NCBI GenBank assembly: GCA_963835455.1
Contig: CAWIFT010000005.1
Location: forward strand, 66,402-130,401
Source: an uncultured Actinomycetes bacterium
GTDB taxonomy: Bacteria > Actinomycetota > Acidimicrobiia > IMCC26256 > PALSA-610
DNA: 64,000 nt
Direction of reading: 5' to 3'
In this document: piece after piece, positions 26,366-35,905 of the stretch
Layout: the number at the start of each line of letters is the position of its first letter
Numbering within the stretch: position 1 is the stretch's first letter
Program-made: the position numbers and the translations under genes
Notes under the pieces: generated by a model
Databases searched by the model: none
Told to the model about the DNA's origin: nothing
Seen by the model: the letters and a program-made list of their open reading frames with translations, nothing else

Positions 26366-27204
26366 CGGCTCGTCTCGGGTTCGACGCGGGCGCCGTCGCG
26401 CACGATCCAGTAGCGGCGCTCGTCGTCGCCGAGGATCTCGGTCGCCTTCGGCGGACCCGACGCCGGATCGCCGTGGTACGCAACCGCGCCGTCCGGTGCG
26501 TACTGAAGGATGTATGCCTTGCGTACGGCGTCGGTCGTGTTGCGCCGGGTTGCGTGCGGGGTGAGCGACGTGAACACCACGATGCCTCCGGCCCGCACCG
26601 GAACGTCGACCGCGGTCGACCAGTCACCCCAACACTCTTCGCCGACGGGAGTCGACTGGTGTTCGAGGGTGCCGGCCCGGTGCACCCCGGGCATCACCGC
26701 GATGCAGCCGTTCTCCGGGGTGGCGTCGGTGATGGCGAGCCAACACGTCAGGTACGCCTGCGGCTCCACGTACGTGTAGCCGTTGTCCTGGTGCCAGAGC
26801 ACGGGCTCGGCGCCGTTCGGCTGTTTGAACACGGACTGATCCCAATAGAGACGCACGTCCGGGCCGATGAGGTCGCGCGCGAGCCCGGCGAAGACCTCGT
26901 CCGCGACGAACCGGCGCGCGTACGCACTGCGCGTCACCGCGTGGGGTGCGACCGTTTGCGAGTCGAGCGCCGTGACCCCGAACCGCCCGTCGGGTAAGCC
27001 CGCGAGAAACGCCTTGGTCCGCTCGTCGCCGGGTTCGAGCTCCGCCGCGAGCCGGGCGAGCGTGGCGGCGTCGAACGCATCCTCGACGACGAAGTAGCCG
27101 AGCTCGTCGAACTGGCGCGCCTGCTCGGCCGAAATCGTCGTCCGCGGGCCCGTGTGGTCGGGCCAGACGAAGCCCGTGTTCCACGGATGCAGAGCGCGGC
27201 GCAT
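26362..27204 (-). CDS. Phytanoyl-CoA dioxygenase (PhyH) family Fe(II)/2-oxoglutarate oxygenase
   Basis: LWHQDNGY (HxD) and a distal His in FTSLTPHAT. 280 aa. Confidence 0.85.
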   Translation of the reverse strand: MRRALHPWNTGFVWPDHTGPRTTISAEQARQFDELGYFVVEDAFDAATLARLAAELEPGDERTKAFLAGLPDGRFGVTALDSQTVAPHAVTRSAYARRFVADEVFAGLARDLIGPDVRLYWDQSVFKQPNGAEPVLWHQDNGYTYVEPQAYLTCWLAITDATPENGCIAVMPGVHRAGTLEHQSTPVGEECWGDWSTAVDVPVRAGGIVVFTSLTPHATRRNTTDAVRKAYILQYAPDGAVAYHGDPASGPPKATEILGDDERRYWIVRDGARVEPETSR

Positions 27205-27244
27205 CGCCGCAGACGCTATCCGAACCCCGTGCGATGATGCCGGG

Positions 27245-27853
27245 GTGGCCGACTTTCCCGAAGGCTTCTTCGCCCGGGGCGACGAAACCGAGGATGCCGA
27301 GTTCTACGCGTCCCCGCGCTACGTCACGCACATCGACGACGGGGCGATCGCCGCGGTCGGCGCCCTGTACGAAGAGCTCGCGGTGCGCGGCGCCGTGCTC
27401 GACCTCATGAGCTCTTGGGTCTCGCACTTTCCTGCGGCGCCGGAGGCGCTCACGGTTCTCGGTATGAACGCCGACGAGCTCGCCGCGAACCCGCAAGCCG
27501 CGGCGTGGGTCGTGCACGATCTGAATGCCGATCCGGTGATGCCGTTCGCCGAGGATTCCTTCGACCACGCGACATGCTGCGTGTCGGTCGACTATCTCAC
27601 CGATCCGGTCGGGGTCTTCCGCGATGTCGCGCGGGTCGTGCGCGGTGGCGGCCGGTTCGTGACGACGTTCTCGAACCGTTTGTTTCCCACCAAGGCGATC
27701 CGGGGCTGGCTGTATTCGGGCGACGCCGCGCATCAACAGATCGTCACCGAATACTTCGCCGCCGCGGGCGGTTTCGCACCGGCGGTGGCGCGGCAGTGTC
27801 TCACGCCTCCCGGCGGCGATCCGCTCTACGCGGTGTGGGCGTCCGTCATCTGA
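27245..27853 (+). CDS. Class I SAM-dependent methyltransferase
   Basis: GTG at 27245 in ORF 27152..27853. The sequence FYASPRYVTHIDDGAI...VLDLMSSWVSH...GGRFVTTFSN matches the Methyltransf_11-like family. Confidence 0.75.
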   Translation: MADFPEGFFARGDETEDAEFYASPRYVTHIDDGAIAAVGALYEELAVRGAVLDLMSSWVSHFPAAPEALTVLGMNADELAANPQAAAWVVHDLNADPVMPFAEDSFDHATCCVSVDYLTDPVGVFRDVARVVRGGGRFVTTFSNRLFPTKAIRGWLYSGDAAHQQIVTEYFAAAGGFAPAVARQCLTPPGGDPLYAVWASVI

Positions 27854-27953
27854 CGCGCCGTCGCCCGTCGGTCGTCAGATAGCGCACAGCAATTCGATAC
27901 CGCTGCTTCATCGGCGGGACACGCCGCGGTACCGCGTCTACGGCAGGGTTGGC

Positions 27954-29510
27954 GTGGTGGGCGATCTCCTCGACGCGTACAAGCCAATCGATGCGTGGGA
28001 CGAGATGTTCGACGCGCAGGGCGACACCAGGGTCGACTATCGATCCCTCTACGAGCACGTGCAGACCCTTTCCAAGCAGGATTTCGACGAGCGCTGCGCG
28101 ACCCGCGACCGCGTGTTCCGGGATCAGGGCATCACCTACGCGCACTCGGGCGAGGAGCGCCCTTTCCCGCTCGACCTGGTTCCCCGGGTCATCTCCGCGT
28201 CCGAGTGGTCGGTGATCGAACGAGGAGTGGCGCAGCGCGTGCGGGCGCTCGAGCGGTTCCTCGACGACATCTACGGACCGGGCGAGATCATGCGCGCCGG
28301 CATCGTTCCGCGCCGCCTCGTCGTCACGTCGTCGCACTTCCATCGGGCCGCGTGCGGCGGCATCAGTCCGCCCGGCGGTGTGCGCGTGCACGTTGCGGGC
28401 ATCGACCTCGTGCGCGACGGCGCCGGGAAGATGTGCGTGCTCGAGGACAATCTCCGCATTCCGTCGGGCATCTCCTACGTCGTGGAGAACCGGCGCGCGA
28501 TGACGCACGTGTTCCCCGAGATGTTCGCGGCGCACCGCGTGCAACCCGTCTCCGACTATCCGTCGCGTCTCCTGCAGACCCTCTGCGCGACGGCACCGCG
28601 CGGCGTCGACGACCCCCGGGTCGTGCTCCTCACACCGGGAGTGCACAACGCCGCGTACTTCGAGCACTCGTTCCTCGCGCGGCAGATGGGGGTGGAGCTC
28701 GTCGAGGGCCGTGACCTCGTGTGCCGCGACAACGTGCTCTACATGCTGACGACCGGCGGCGAAGAGCGCGTCGACGTGGTGTACCGCCGGGTCGACGACG
28801 AGTTCCTCGATCCGTTGCACTTCCTCCCCACGTCCATGTTGGGCTGCGCGGGAATCGTGAATGCCGCGCGTGCGGGCAACGTCACGATCGCGAACTTCCT
28901 CGGCAACGGCGTGGCCGACGACAAGGCCGTGTACCCCTACGTTCCCGCGATGATCGACTTCTACCTCGGCGAGCGTCCGATCCTCGCCAACGTCGAGACG
29001 TTCATGCTCGACGACCACGAGGTCCGGTCGTGGGCGCTCGAGCGACTCGATCAGCTGGTGTGGAAGCCGGCCGACGGCTCGGGCGGCAAGGGCATCGTCA
29101 TCGGGCCGCGCGCGGACGGGGAAGCGCTCGAAGCGGTGCGGCTCGCGGTCGAAGACGCGCCCCGGTCGTGGATCGCGCAGCAACCGGTCGCGCTCTCGAC
29201 CGCGCCGACCTACGTCGAGTCGGGAATGCGTCCCCGCCACCTCGACCTGCGCCCGTTCGCGTTGAACGACGGTGAGAACGTGTGGGTCGTCCCCGGTGGT
29301 CTCACCCGCGTGGCGTTGGGCGAGGGGAGCCTGGTCGTGAACTCGAGCCAGGGCGGAGGTTCGAAGGACACATGGGTGCTCGCGCCCGACGGCGTGGATG
29401 CCGAAGAGGCCGAGGCGGCGGCGAATGACGCCCTGGGCTGCGAGCCGCTCGCGCGCCAACCCTTCGACATGGTTCCGGCCGCCAACGAGCAGGCGGCCCA
29501 ACAGCAGTGA
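27954..29510 (+). CDS. Circularly permuted type-2 ATP-grasp protein (COG2308 family)
   Basis: 518 aa, intact. Characteristic blocks LDLVPRVISASEW, VLEDNLRIPSGISYVVENR, GNGVADDKAVYPYVP, and SSQGGGSKDTWVL. Confidence 0.88.
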   Translation: MVGDLLDAYKPIDAWDEMFDAQGDTRVDYRSLYEHVQTLSKQDFDERCATRDRVFRDQGITYAHSGEERPFPLDLVPRVISASEWSVIERGVAQRVRALERFLDDIYGPGEIMRAGIVPRRLVVTSSHFHRAACGGISPPGGVRVHVAGIDLVRDGAGKMCVLEDNLRIPSGISYVVENRRAMTHVFPEMFAAHRVQPVSDYPSRLLQTLCATAPRGVDDPRVVLLTPGVHNAAYFEHSFLARQMGVELVEGRDLVCRDNVLYMLTTGGEERVDVVYRRVDDEFLDPLHFLPTSMLGCAGIVNAARAGNVTIANFLGNGVADDKAVYPYVPAMIDFYLGERPILANVETFMLDDHEVRSWALERLDQLVWKPADGSGGKGIVIGPRADGEALEAVRLAVEDAPRSWIAQQPVALSTAPTYVESGMRPRHLDLRPFALNDGENVWVVPGGLTRVALGEGSLVVNSSQGGGSKDTWVLAPDGVDAEEAEAAANDALGCEPLARQPFDMVPAANEQAAQQQ

Positions 29511-29532
29511 GCCCGGACCGGACGAGCCCGAG

Positions 29533-30469
29533 ATGCTGAGTCGCATTGCGGAGTCGCTCTACTGGCTCGGGCGTTACACCGAGCGGGCCGAGGCCACCGC
29601 GCGCATCCTCGACGTGTACTCGCACGCGTTGCTCGAAGACCGCGTGGGGGGCGAGGAATCCGCGTGCCGCCGGCTGGTCGAGGCGATGGGCGCAACCGAG
29701 CCGGCCGCGCTCGTCGAGGTCGGCACCAACGTCGAGTCGCTCGTGGGCTTCTTCGTCGACGATCCGCGCTACGAAGGCTCGGTCGTCCGCTCGCTCGAAG
29801 CGATGTGGGAGAACGCGCGGGGCGCGCGCGAAGCCATGTCGTCGGAGATGTGGGGGAGCATCAACGCGACCCACAGCGCGCTCGACGCGCGCCGCGGTCG
29901 GTCCGTGTACGCGCAGCACGGATTCCTCGCCTGGGTCCGCGACCGCGCCGCGATCGTGTCGGGACTCGCCGACGCCACGATGAGCCACGACGACACGTGG
30001 CGCTTCATCGTCCTCGGTCGGTCGCTGGAGCGCGTCGACCTCACGGTTCGGCTCCTGTCGACCCGGTTGGGCGACGCCTGGGGCAGTGCAGGCTGGGTCG
30101 CCACGCTGCGCTGCTGTGCGGCCTACGAGTCGTATCTCCGCACCTACCGACGGGGGGTCGAGGGTTCCAAGGCGCTGGAATTCCTGTTGCTGGACCGCCT
30201 GTTCCCGCGTTCGGTGTTCCACGCGCTCGGCGCGGCGGAGACCGCGCTGTTCGATCTCGATCCCACGTCCGACCGTCACGGCGCGGGCAGTGAGCCGCGG
30301 CGCGTCGTCGGGCGCGCGTGCGCCGATCTCGAGTTCATCCGGGTCGCCGAGCTCGAGCGTTCGCTGCCCGAGCACCTCGCCGCGGCTCGAACGAGCGTGC
30401 GCGCAGGCGCACGACGTCATTGCGAAGCGCTTCTTCAATGCCGCGCTCGCCATCCGGTGGAGCGCCTGA
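29533..30469 (+). pseudogene. Alpha-E domain protein (COG2307 family) with one apparent +1 insertion near 30385
   Basis: MLSRIAESLYWLGRYTERAE... lies in the frame of ORF 29398..31311 up to SLPEHLAA. The family-typical C-terminus LERACAQAHDVIAKRFFNAALAIRWSA is in ORF 30086..30469 and ends in a TGATG overlap with the next gene. Confidence 0.85.
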
Positions 30470-31311
30470 TGGTCTGGAGGTTATCGATCGAACACGTCAG
30501 CAGCTACGAGTACGAAGGGGAGGTACTTGCGTCTTACAACGAGGCGCGCATGAGCCCGGCGCGCGACGCCACGCAGATGGTCCTCGACCATCGCGTCGAC
30601 GTCCGCCCGAGCGTTCCGGTCATGCAATACGTCGACTACTGGGGTACTGAAGTGAGCGCGTTCGACGTGCACGAGCCGCACGACCGGCTCATCGTCGCCG
30701 CGCGATCGCTGGTCGAAACCGTCGCAGCCATTCCCGATGTCACTGATACCGACTGGGAGGTTCTGTCCGATGAAAACGTTCGCGACCGCTTCTGCGAATA
30801 CCTGCACACGTCCCCGCACGTTCCGCTCGACCTACCGTTTCTCGAAACCGCAGCCGAGATCGCATCCGGGCGCACACCCCGCGAGACGGTCGAGGCCGTC
30901 AGCTCGTGGGTCCGCGAGAGCCTTTCGTACGAGCCCGGCGCGACCGACGTCTCGACGAACGCGCGGTCCGCCCTGGAACTCGGTCGCGGCGTCTGCCAGG
31001 ACTTCGTCCATGTCGCGCTGGCACTGTTGCGAGCGGCGGGTATCCCGGCCCGCTACGCCTCCGGTTACCTGCACCCCGACGCCGATGCTGCCGTCGACAC
31101 CGCGGTGACCGGGCAGAGCCATGCCTGGCTCGAAGCGTGGACGGGGTCCTGGCAGCGCATCGATCCCACCAACGGTCAACCCGTGGGTGAGGAGCACGTA
31201 CTCGTCGCGCGCGGTCGCGACTACGGCGACGTCTCGCCGCTCAAGGGCGTCTACAACGGCCCACCGTCGCGCTCGAGCGAGGTCCGGGTCACGATCCGCC
31301 GCGTCGCGTGA
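30469..31311 (+). CDS. Transglutaminase-like cysteine peptidase family protein (COG1305)
   Basis: MVWRLSIEHVSSYEYEGEV start, catalytic GVCQDFVHVALALLRAAGIPARYASGYL, and later HAWLEAW...DPTN. Confidence 0.88.
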   Translation: MVWRLSIEHVSSYEYEGEVLASYNEARMSPARDATQMVLDHRVDVRPSVPVMQYVDYWGTEVSAFDVHEPHDRLIVAARSLVETVAAIPDVTDTDWEVLSDENVRDRFCEYLHTSPHVPLDLPFLETAAEIASGRTPRETVEAVSSWVRESLSYEPGATDVSTNARSALELGRGVCQDFVHVALALLRAAGIPARYASGYLHPDADAAVDTAVTGQSHAWLEAWTGSWQRIDPTNGQPVGEEHVLVARGRDYGDVSPLKGVYNGPPSRSSEVRVTIRRVA

Positions 31312-32823
31312 TCAGAAGTTGATCTTGGCGCCGTCCGCGAGGACCGCGGCGCGGTCCGCCGGGAGGATGTAGCCGTTCGCGATCGCCTTGTCGGTCGCGG
31401 CACGGAACTTGGCCAGGTACGCCGCCTTCGTCCCGTAGAGCCGGACGAGTGTCGCGTGATCGAACGGCACCGTGCTCCCGAACAGCGCGCACAGAACACT
31501 TGGGTCACCCGAGTCGCCGGACAGCGTCGCAGTGGGCACGTCGTTCGCGGCCGTGCGCACGCCACCGAGCGCGTTCCCGTACGCGTCGCGTTGGACGACG
31601 GGAGTGCCGTTCACGAGCGCGACCTTCATACGCGGCGCGGATTGCGGTGGGACGCCCGTGCTGATCCACTGGTCGAGCTGGTGCAGCGCGGCCTCGGCGA
31701 CGTAGTGCGTCGGGGCGGTGTTGACCTCCGCGGCTTTGCAACGGAAGCTCTTCGCGATCCCTACGCCGTCGCCGCCCGCGATGAACGCGTCCGCGTGCGA
31801 GGCGCCGGCGAGGTCCCACAGCCGGAGATGAGGTGAATCGGGCTGGCGGGCGTCGAAGTAGCGCAGGAACGTCTCGTCGGTTTCGGTCTCCACGAGGAAT
31901 ACCGGAACGTCGCTGTCATCGCGAATGTGGATGCCGCCGCTGATGCCGCTGCTGATATCGCCCCCGTTGATCGAGATCGCACCACCGCCGCGGCTGTGCA
32001 CGAAGAACCCGTCGTAGACGCGCGCCGTGGGTTGGATCGCGTCGATGTATGTGGTCATCTGGAATGCCGACTGCGACTCACCGATCCCGACGATGCGTTT
32101 CGGCTGCAGCGGACCGAGCACGTCGAGCTTTCCGGGGGTACGGAGCGCGCGACCGATCTGCGTGAACATGTCGAGCGAGTACTTGTCGCCGGGATGGCGC
32201 AACGAGCCGTAGCGAACCGGATCGGCGGCGCGCAACCCACCGGCCGGCACGCCGCCCGGGACGGTCACGACGCCGGTCCCGCCCGACACCGCGATCAGTT
32301 GCTCCGAGACACCCACCCACGCGTAGCCGCTGCGCGTCACCTCGTTACCCACGTACGGGAAATCGGGCGCGGTCTCCGCGCCCACACTCACGTTCATCCA
32401 CTCGACGAGCACCGTTCCGTTGAACTTCTTCGGGTCGCGCGGCTTCCGCACGATGATGCGGGTGCGGTACGGCGCGGTCGCGCTCGGCTTGATCGACCAG
32501 CGGCCGTCCCGGGTCCGCGGTCCGACGCTCGTATACGAGGTCGCGGTTCCCGACGCGAAGTACTCGTCCTCCGCGTAGCCGGCTTTCGCGAGGTCGATGT
32601 TGACGCCCGAGATGAGCGAGATGCCCTTGCCGCCGGTGATCGGCCCGCTGAGCGTGGCCGCGGGTCCGGGCGGCGCGGGCGCACGGGTCGTGGGTGTCGC
32701 GACCGCGGGCGCGGCCGTCGAGTTCGGCGTGCCGGACGCCGAATGCGACGAGGACGAGCACGCCGAGAGCAGTGTCAACGCGGCGACGGTGACGCCGAGG
32801 ATGACGGGCGGCTTGCGGGTCAT
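31312..32823 (-). CDS. Secreted lipoprotein, alpha/beta-hydrolase-domain family
   Basis: Signal peptide with lipobox LLSAC, a Ser/Pro/Thr linker, then GIGESQSAF (nucleophile-elbow-like). The stop abuts the convergent transglutaminase stop. Confidence 0.75.
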   Translation of the reverse strand: MTRKPPVILGVTVAALTLLSACSSSSHSASGTPNSTAAPAVATPTTRAPAPPGPAATLSGPITGGKGISLISGVNIDLAKAGYAEDEYFASGTATSYTSVGPRTRDGRWSIKPSATAPYRTRIIVRKPRDPKKFNGTVLVEWMNVSVGAETAPDFPYVGNEVTRSGYAWVGVSEQLIAVSGGTGVVTVPGGVPAGGLRAADPVRYGSLRHPGDKYSLDMFTQIGRALRTPGKLDVLGPLQPKRIVGIGESQSAFQMTTYIDAIQPTARVYDGFFVHSRGGGAISINGGDISSGISGGIHIRDDSDVPVFLVETETDETFLRYFDARQPDSPHLRLWDLAGASHADAFIAGGDGVGIAKSFRCKAAEVNTAPTHYVAEAALHQLDQWISTGVPPQSAPRMKVALVNGTPVVQRDAYGNALGGVRTAANDVPTATLSGDSGDPSVLCALFGSTVPFDHATLVRLYGTKAAYLAKFRAATDKAIANGYILPADRAAVLADGAKINF

Positions 32824-32941
32824 TCGGGGGAGTTTGGCAGGTCGCCGCCGGTTGGGGAGGGCGCGCGGACGGCCCGCGCGCCCGATTCCGGATGCAATCC
32901 CGCGTGTCGATCCTCCGGCGCGGCGCCCTACTCTGGCTGGG

Positions 32942-33820
32942 GTGACCGACTACGCCGATCCCGATCTCGATGTCGATCCGGATTCCGATCTCGAGACGAT
33001 TGCGCCGCTGGCGCCGCCGCCGGCGGCGAGCGGCGCCGGGCACGGAAGCGAGCGGGGCCCGGTCCTCGCAATCGCGGCGGCGCTCGTCGTCGTGTCGCTC
33101 ATCGTGGGGTTCGCGATCACGACGGTGGTGCTGAACGCGCGCGACAAGGGTCCGACGGACCTCTCCGTCGGGCCGGCTCCCACGACCACGGCACCCAAGG
33201 TCCCCGCGGCGCCGGTCGATCCCGACGCAGCTGTGCTCGGCGGGCTCATCCTGCGCCAGAGCGACGTCACGGCGCCGAACACGGTCCAGCTCCTCCAACA
33301 CGGCGCCGACACCACCGTCGCCACGCTCGACCTGTGCAACGGCACGTTCGCGAGCGAGGCGCAGCGCACGGCGCGCCGCCAGGTCGCGCTGCTCGACTCC
33401 GCGAGCGCGTTGCGGATGAGCACCGAGGCCGTCCTGTACGGCCGCGCCTCCGGCGGCGCGCAGGCCTTCGCGGAGTTGAAGTCGGTCGTGGACAAGTGTC
33501 CGGCGACTCCCGTGGTGAGCCCGGTGGGCGAAGACACCGCCGCCACCACGTTCCGCGCCGCGCCCGACACGAGCTGGCCGCGCACGCCGACGGTCGACCG
33601 ACTCGCCTACGACTTCGTCACGACGAGCCCGGCGAGCGGTGCGTCGTCGCATTCGGTCGCGGTGTACCTGCGGCGCGGGCGCGTGCTGATGGGCGTCTAC
33701 TTCGCGCAACCCGACGGCGTGCAGACCGCGGTCGAGGGCCGCACCACGATCCAGGGCATCGTCGCCGTGTTCGAAGCACGCATGGCGAAGATCTCCGATC
33801 GTGTCGCCGCCGGGGGCTGA
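32942..33820 (+). CDS. Membrane-anchored hypothetical protein
   Basis: GTG at 32942 in ORF 32597..33820. It has an acidic N-terminus, one TM segment (VLAIAAALVVVSLIVGFAITTVVL) and an extracytoplasmic domain with two Cys. Confidence 0.6.
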   Translation: MTDYADPDLDVDPDSDLETIAPLAPPPAASGAGHGSERGPVLAIAAALVVVSLIVGFAITTVVLNARDKGPTDLSVGPAPTTTAPKVPAAPVDPDAAVLGGLILRQSDVTAPNTVQLLQHGADTTVATLDLCNGTFASEAQRTARRQVALLDSASALRMSTEAVLYGRASGGAQAFAELKSVVDKCPATPVVSPVGEDTAATTFRAAPDTSWPRTPTVDRLAYDFVTTSPASGASSHSVAVYLRRGRVLMGVYFAQPDGVQTAVEGRTTIQGIVAVFEARMAKISDRVAAGG

Positions 33821-33861
33821 CGGTCGACTGACGGGTGGCCCGGACGTGGGACCATGGTCGT

Positions 33862-34722
33862 ATGACGCCGAATCCGGCCCGGGCACTCTGGCAGTGCATC
33901 GAGCCCTATCACGCGGTCACCTACTTCACGAGTGAAGCGCGTGCGGCGTTCGAGGACATCGGGCTGCGCGGCTTCTGGCGCGGCTACTTCGCGGGCCGCG
34001 CCGCCCCGCTCGGCGCAGTCGGTCCCGGTGTCGTGGTCGCGACCTTCTACGGCTTCCATCCCGACTTCGTGGGTCGCGCGATTCCCGAGGTCTGGGAGAT
34101 CACGAGTCCGGAGCACGCGATCGAGGCCCGTGAGCTCGGCGCAGGTCGCGCACTCGCGCGCTGCTTCGACATGGAGGATCCGATGATCGCGCGCGCGGCC
34201 CGGCTCGTCCTCCAGGCCACCGACGGCTGCGATCCGTTCGCGCGCCCCCTGTTCGCCGCGAACCACGACCTCGCGTGGCCGCGGGAACCGCACGTCGCGC
34301 TCTGGCACGGGTGCACGTTGCTGCGTGAACATCGCGGCGACGGTCACATCGCCACGCTGTACGCCGCGGACGTCGATCCGTGTGAGGCGCACGTGTTGCG
34401 GCTCGCGGCGACGGGCGTAGACCGCTCGACGATCGCGCCCTACCGAGGCTGGGACGACGAGGACTGGGCCGCGGCGGCCGACCGGTTGGCCGAGCGGGGT
34501 TGGCTCGACGGCGACCACGCGATCACGAGCGTCGGCGTCGATGCCCACGCCGCGATCGAGGCCGACACCGACCGCATGGCGGAGGGACCGATTCGGGCGC
34601 TCGGCGAAGACGGCGTCACGGAGCTGCTCGACATCATGCGGCCGCTCGCCGAGGTGTTGTCCGACACGGGAACCATCCCGTTCCCCAATCCCATCGGAGT
34701 GCCGCGGGCGACTCCGGACTGA
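33862..34722 (+). CDS. SCO6745-like conserved actinobacterial protein
   Basis: ARALWQCIEPYHAVTYFTSEARAAFEDIGLRGFWRGYFAGRAAPLG matches the pattern of that family. An alternative start lies at 33835. Confidence 0.6.
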   Translation: MTPNPARALWQCIEPYHAVTYFTSEARAAFEDIGLRGFWRGYFAGRAAPLGAVGPGVVVATFYGFHPDFVGRAIPEVWEITSPEHAIEARELGAGRALARCFDMEDPMIARAARLVLQATDGCDPFARPLFAANHDLAWPREPHVALWHGCTLLREHRGDGHIATLYAADVDPCEAHVLRLAATGVDRSTIAPYRGWDDEDWAAAADRLAERGWLDGDHAITSVGVDAHAAIEADTDRMAEGPIRALGEDGVTELLDIMRPLAEVLSDTGTIPFPNPIGVPRATPD

Positions 34723-34765
34723 TGTCGGCCGCGGATCGTCGACAGTTCCGCGCCCGGGTGCGATC

Positions 34766-35905
34766 ATGCGCCCCATGACCACGACTCCCCGCGCGCACGA
34801 CGACCTCGAAGCGATCCTGTCCCAGGTCGCGGTGGACGACGGTGCGACGACCCACACCGTCGACTCCGAGTTCGACGCGACGTTCACCTGGAACTACACG
34901 AAGGGTGAGCGGCCCGCGCTCGACAAGCTCTACGAGAAGGCGAAGACGTCGCAGTGGAACGGAACGACCGATCTCGACTGGTCCGTCGATGTCGATCCCG
35001 AACGCACCGCGGCCGAGCTCTCGCGCAACGACCGGCGCATGCAATACGTCCGTGGGCTCGTCGACGAACCGGGTTCACCGGTGGCGAACTGGGGTGAAGC
35101 GGAGATCGCCCGGTACGCGATGGAGAACGTCGCCCATCGCGTGAGTCAGTTCCTGCACGGTGAGCAGGGCGCGTTGATCTGTACCGCGCGCATCGTCGAG
35201 ACCGTTCCCTGGATCGACGCGAAGTACTACGCGTCGACGCAGGTCGTCGACGAGGCCCGCCACGTCGAGGTGTTCGGCCGCTACCTCGACGACAAGCTCG
35301 AGACCCGCTACCCCATGAACGCACACCTCGGTGCGCTCATCGACGACGTCCTGTCCGACTCGCGCTGGGACATCACGTACCTGGGGATGCAGATCCTGAT
35401 CGAGGGCCTCGCGTTGGCGGCGTTCGGAACGATCTACAAGACCAGCTCCGAACCGCTCCTGCGCCAACTCATTCGCTACGTGATGAGCGACGAAGCCCGC
35501 CACGTTGCGTTCGGGGTGTTGTCGTTGCAGGAGGCGTACGCCGAGCTCTCCGGACCGGAGCTGCGCGAGCGTCAGGAGTTCGTGTACGAGGGCTCGCTGC
35601 GCATGCGCGACCGGTTCCTGCACCAGGAAGTGTGGGAACGGCTCGGCGTCCCGGCCCGGGCGATCGTGCCGTACTTCATCCGCCAGAACCGGGAGGAGGA
35701 GATCCTGTTCCAGCGCATGCTGTTCGCGAAGATCGTGCCGAACTGCAAGAAGCTCGGGCTCCTCGACGCGCGCACGCCGTGGCTGCGCGAACGGTTCACG
35801 GAGATGGGGGTGCTCGAGTACGAGGACTACGTCGATACCAGCGTCGAATACGCCGAGTTGAACGCGATCGAACAGGAACGGGCGACCGCGGCGGCCGGAC
35901 GATGA
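34766..35905 (+). CDS. Ferritin-like diiron oxygenase (AurF-like family)
   Basis: Two E...DEARH motifs (VVDEARHVEVF, MSDEARHVAFG). The start MRPMTTTP lies inside ORF 34541..35905. Confidence 0.8.
   Translation: MRPMTTTPRAHDDLEAILSQVAVDDGATTHTVDSEFDATFTWNYTKGERPALDKLYEKAKTSQWNGTTDLDWSVDVDPERTAAELSRNDRRMQYVRGLVDEPGSPVANWGEAEIARYAMENVAHRVSQFLHGEQGALICTARIVETVPWIDAKYYASTQVVDEARHVEVFGRYLDDKLETRYPMNAHLGALIDDVLSDSRWDITYLGMQILIEGLALAAFGTIYKTSSEPLLRQLIRYVMSDEARHVAFGVLSLQEAYAELSGPELRERQEFVYEGSLRMRDRFLHQEVWERLGVPARAIVPYFIRQNREEEILFQRMLFAKIVPNCKKLGLLDARTPWLRERFTEMGVLEYEDYVDTSVEYAELNAIEQERATAAAGR

Noticed and set aside
27846-29546. 566-aa minus-strand ORF
   Set aside because: It is antisense to the intact ATP-grasp gene. 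No recognisable family features.
29398-31311. 637-aa ORF that looks like an alpha-E::transglutaminase fusion protein
   Set aside because: The family-typical alpha-E C-terminus is in another frame (ORF 30086..30469) and ends in a TGATG overlap with the transglutaminase ATG at 30469. The fusion is produced by a single frame break near 30385.
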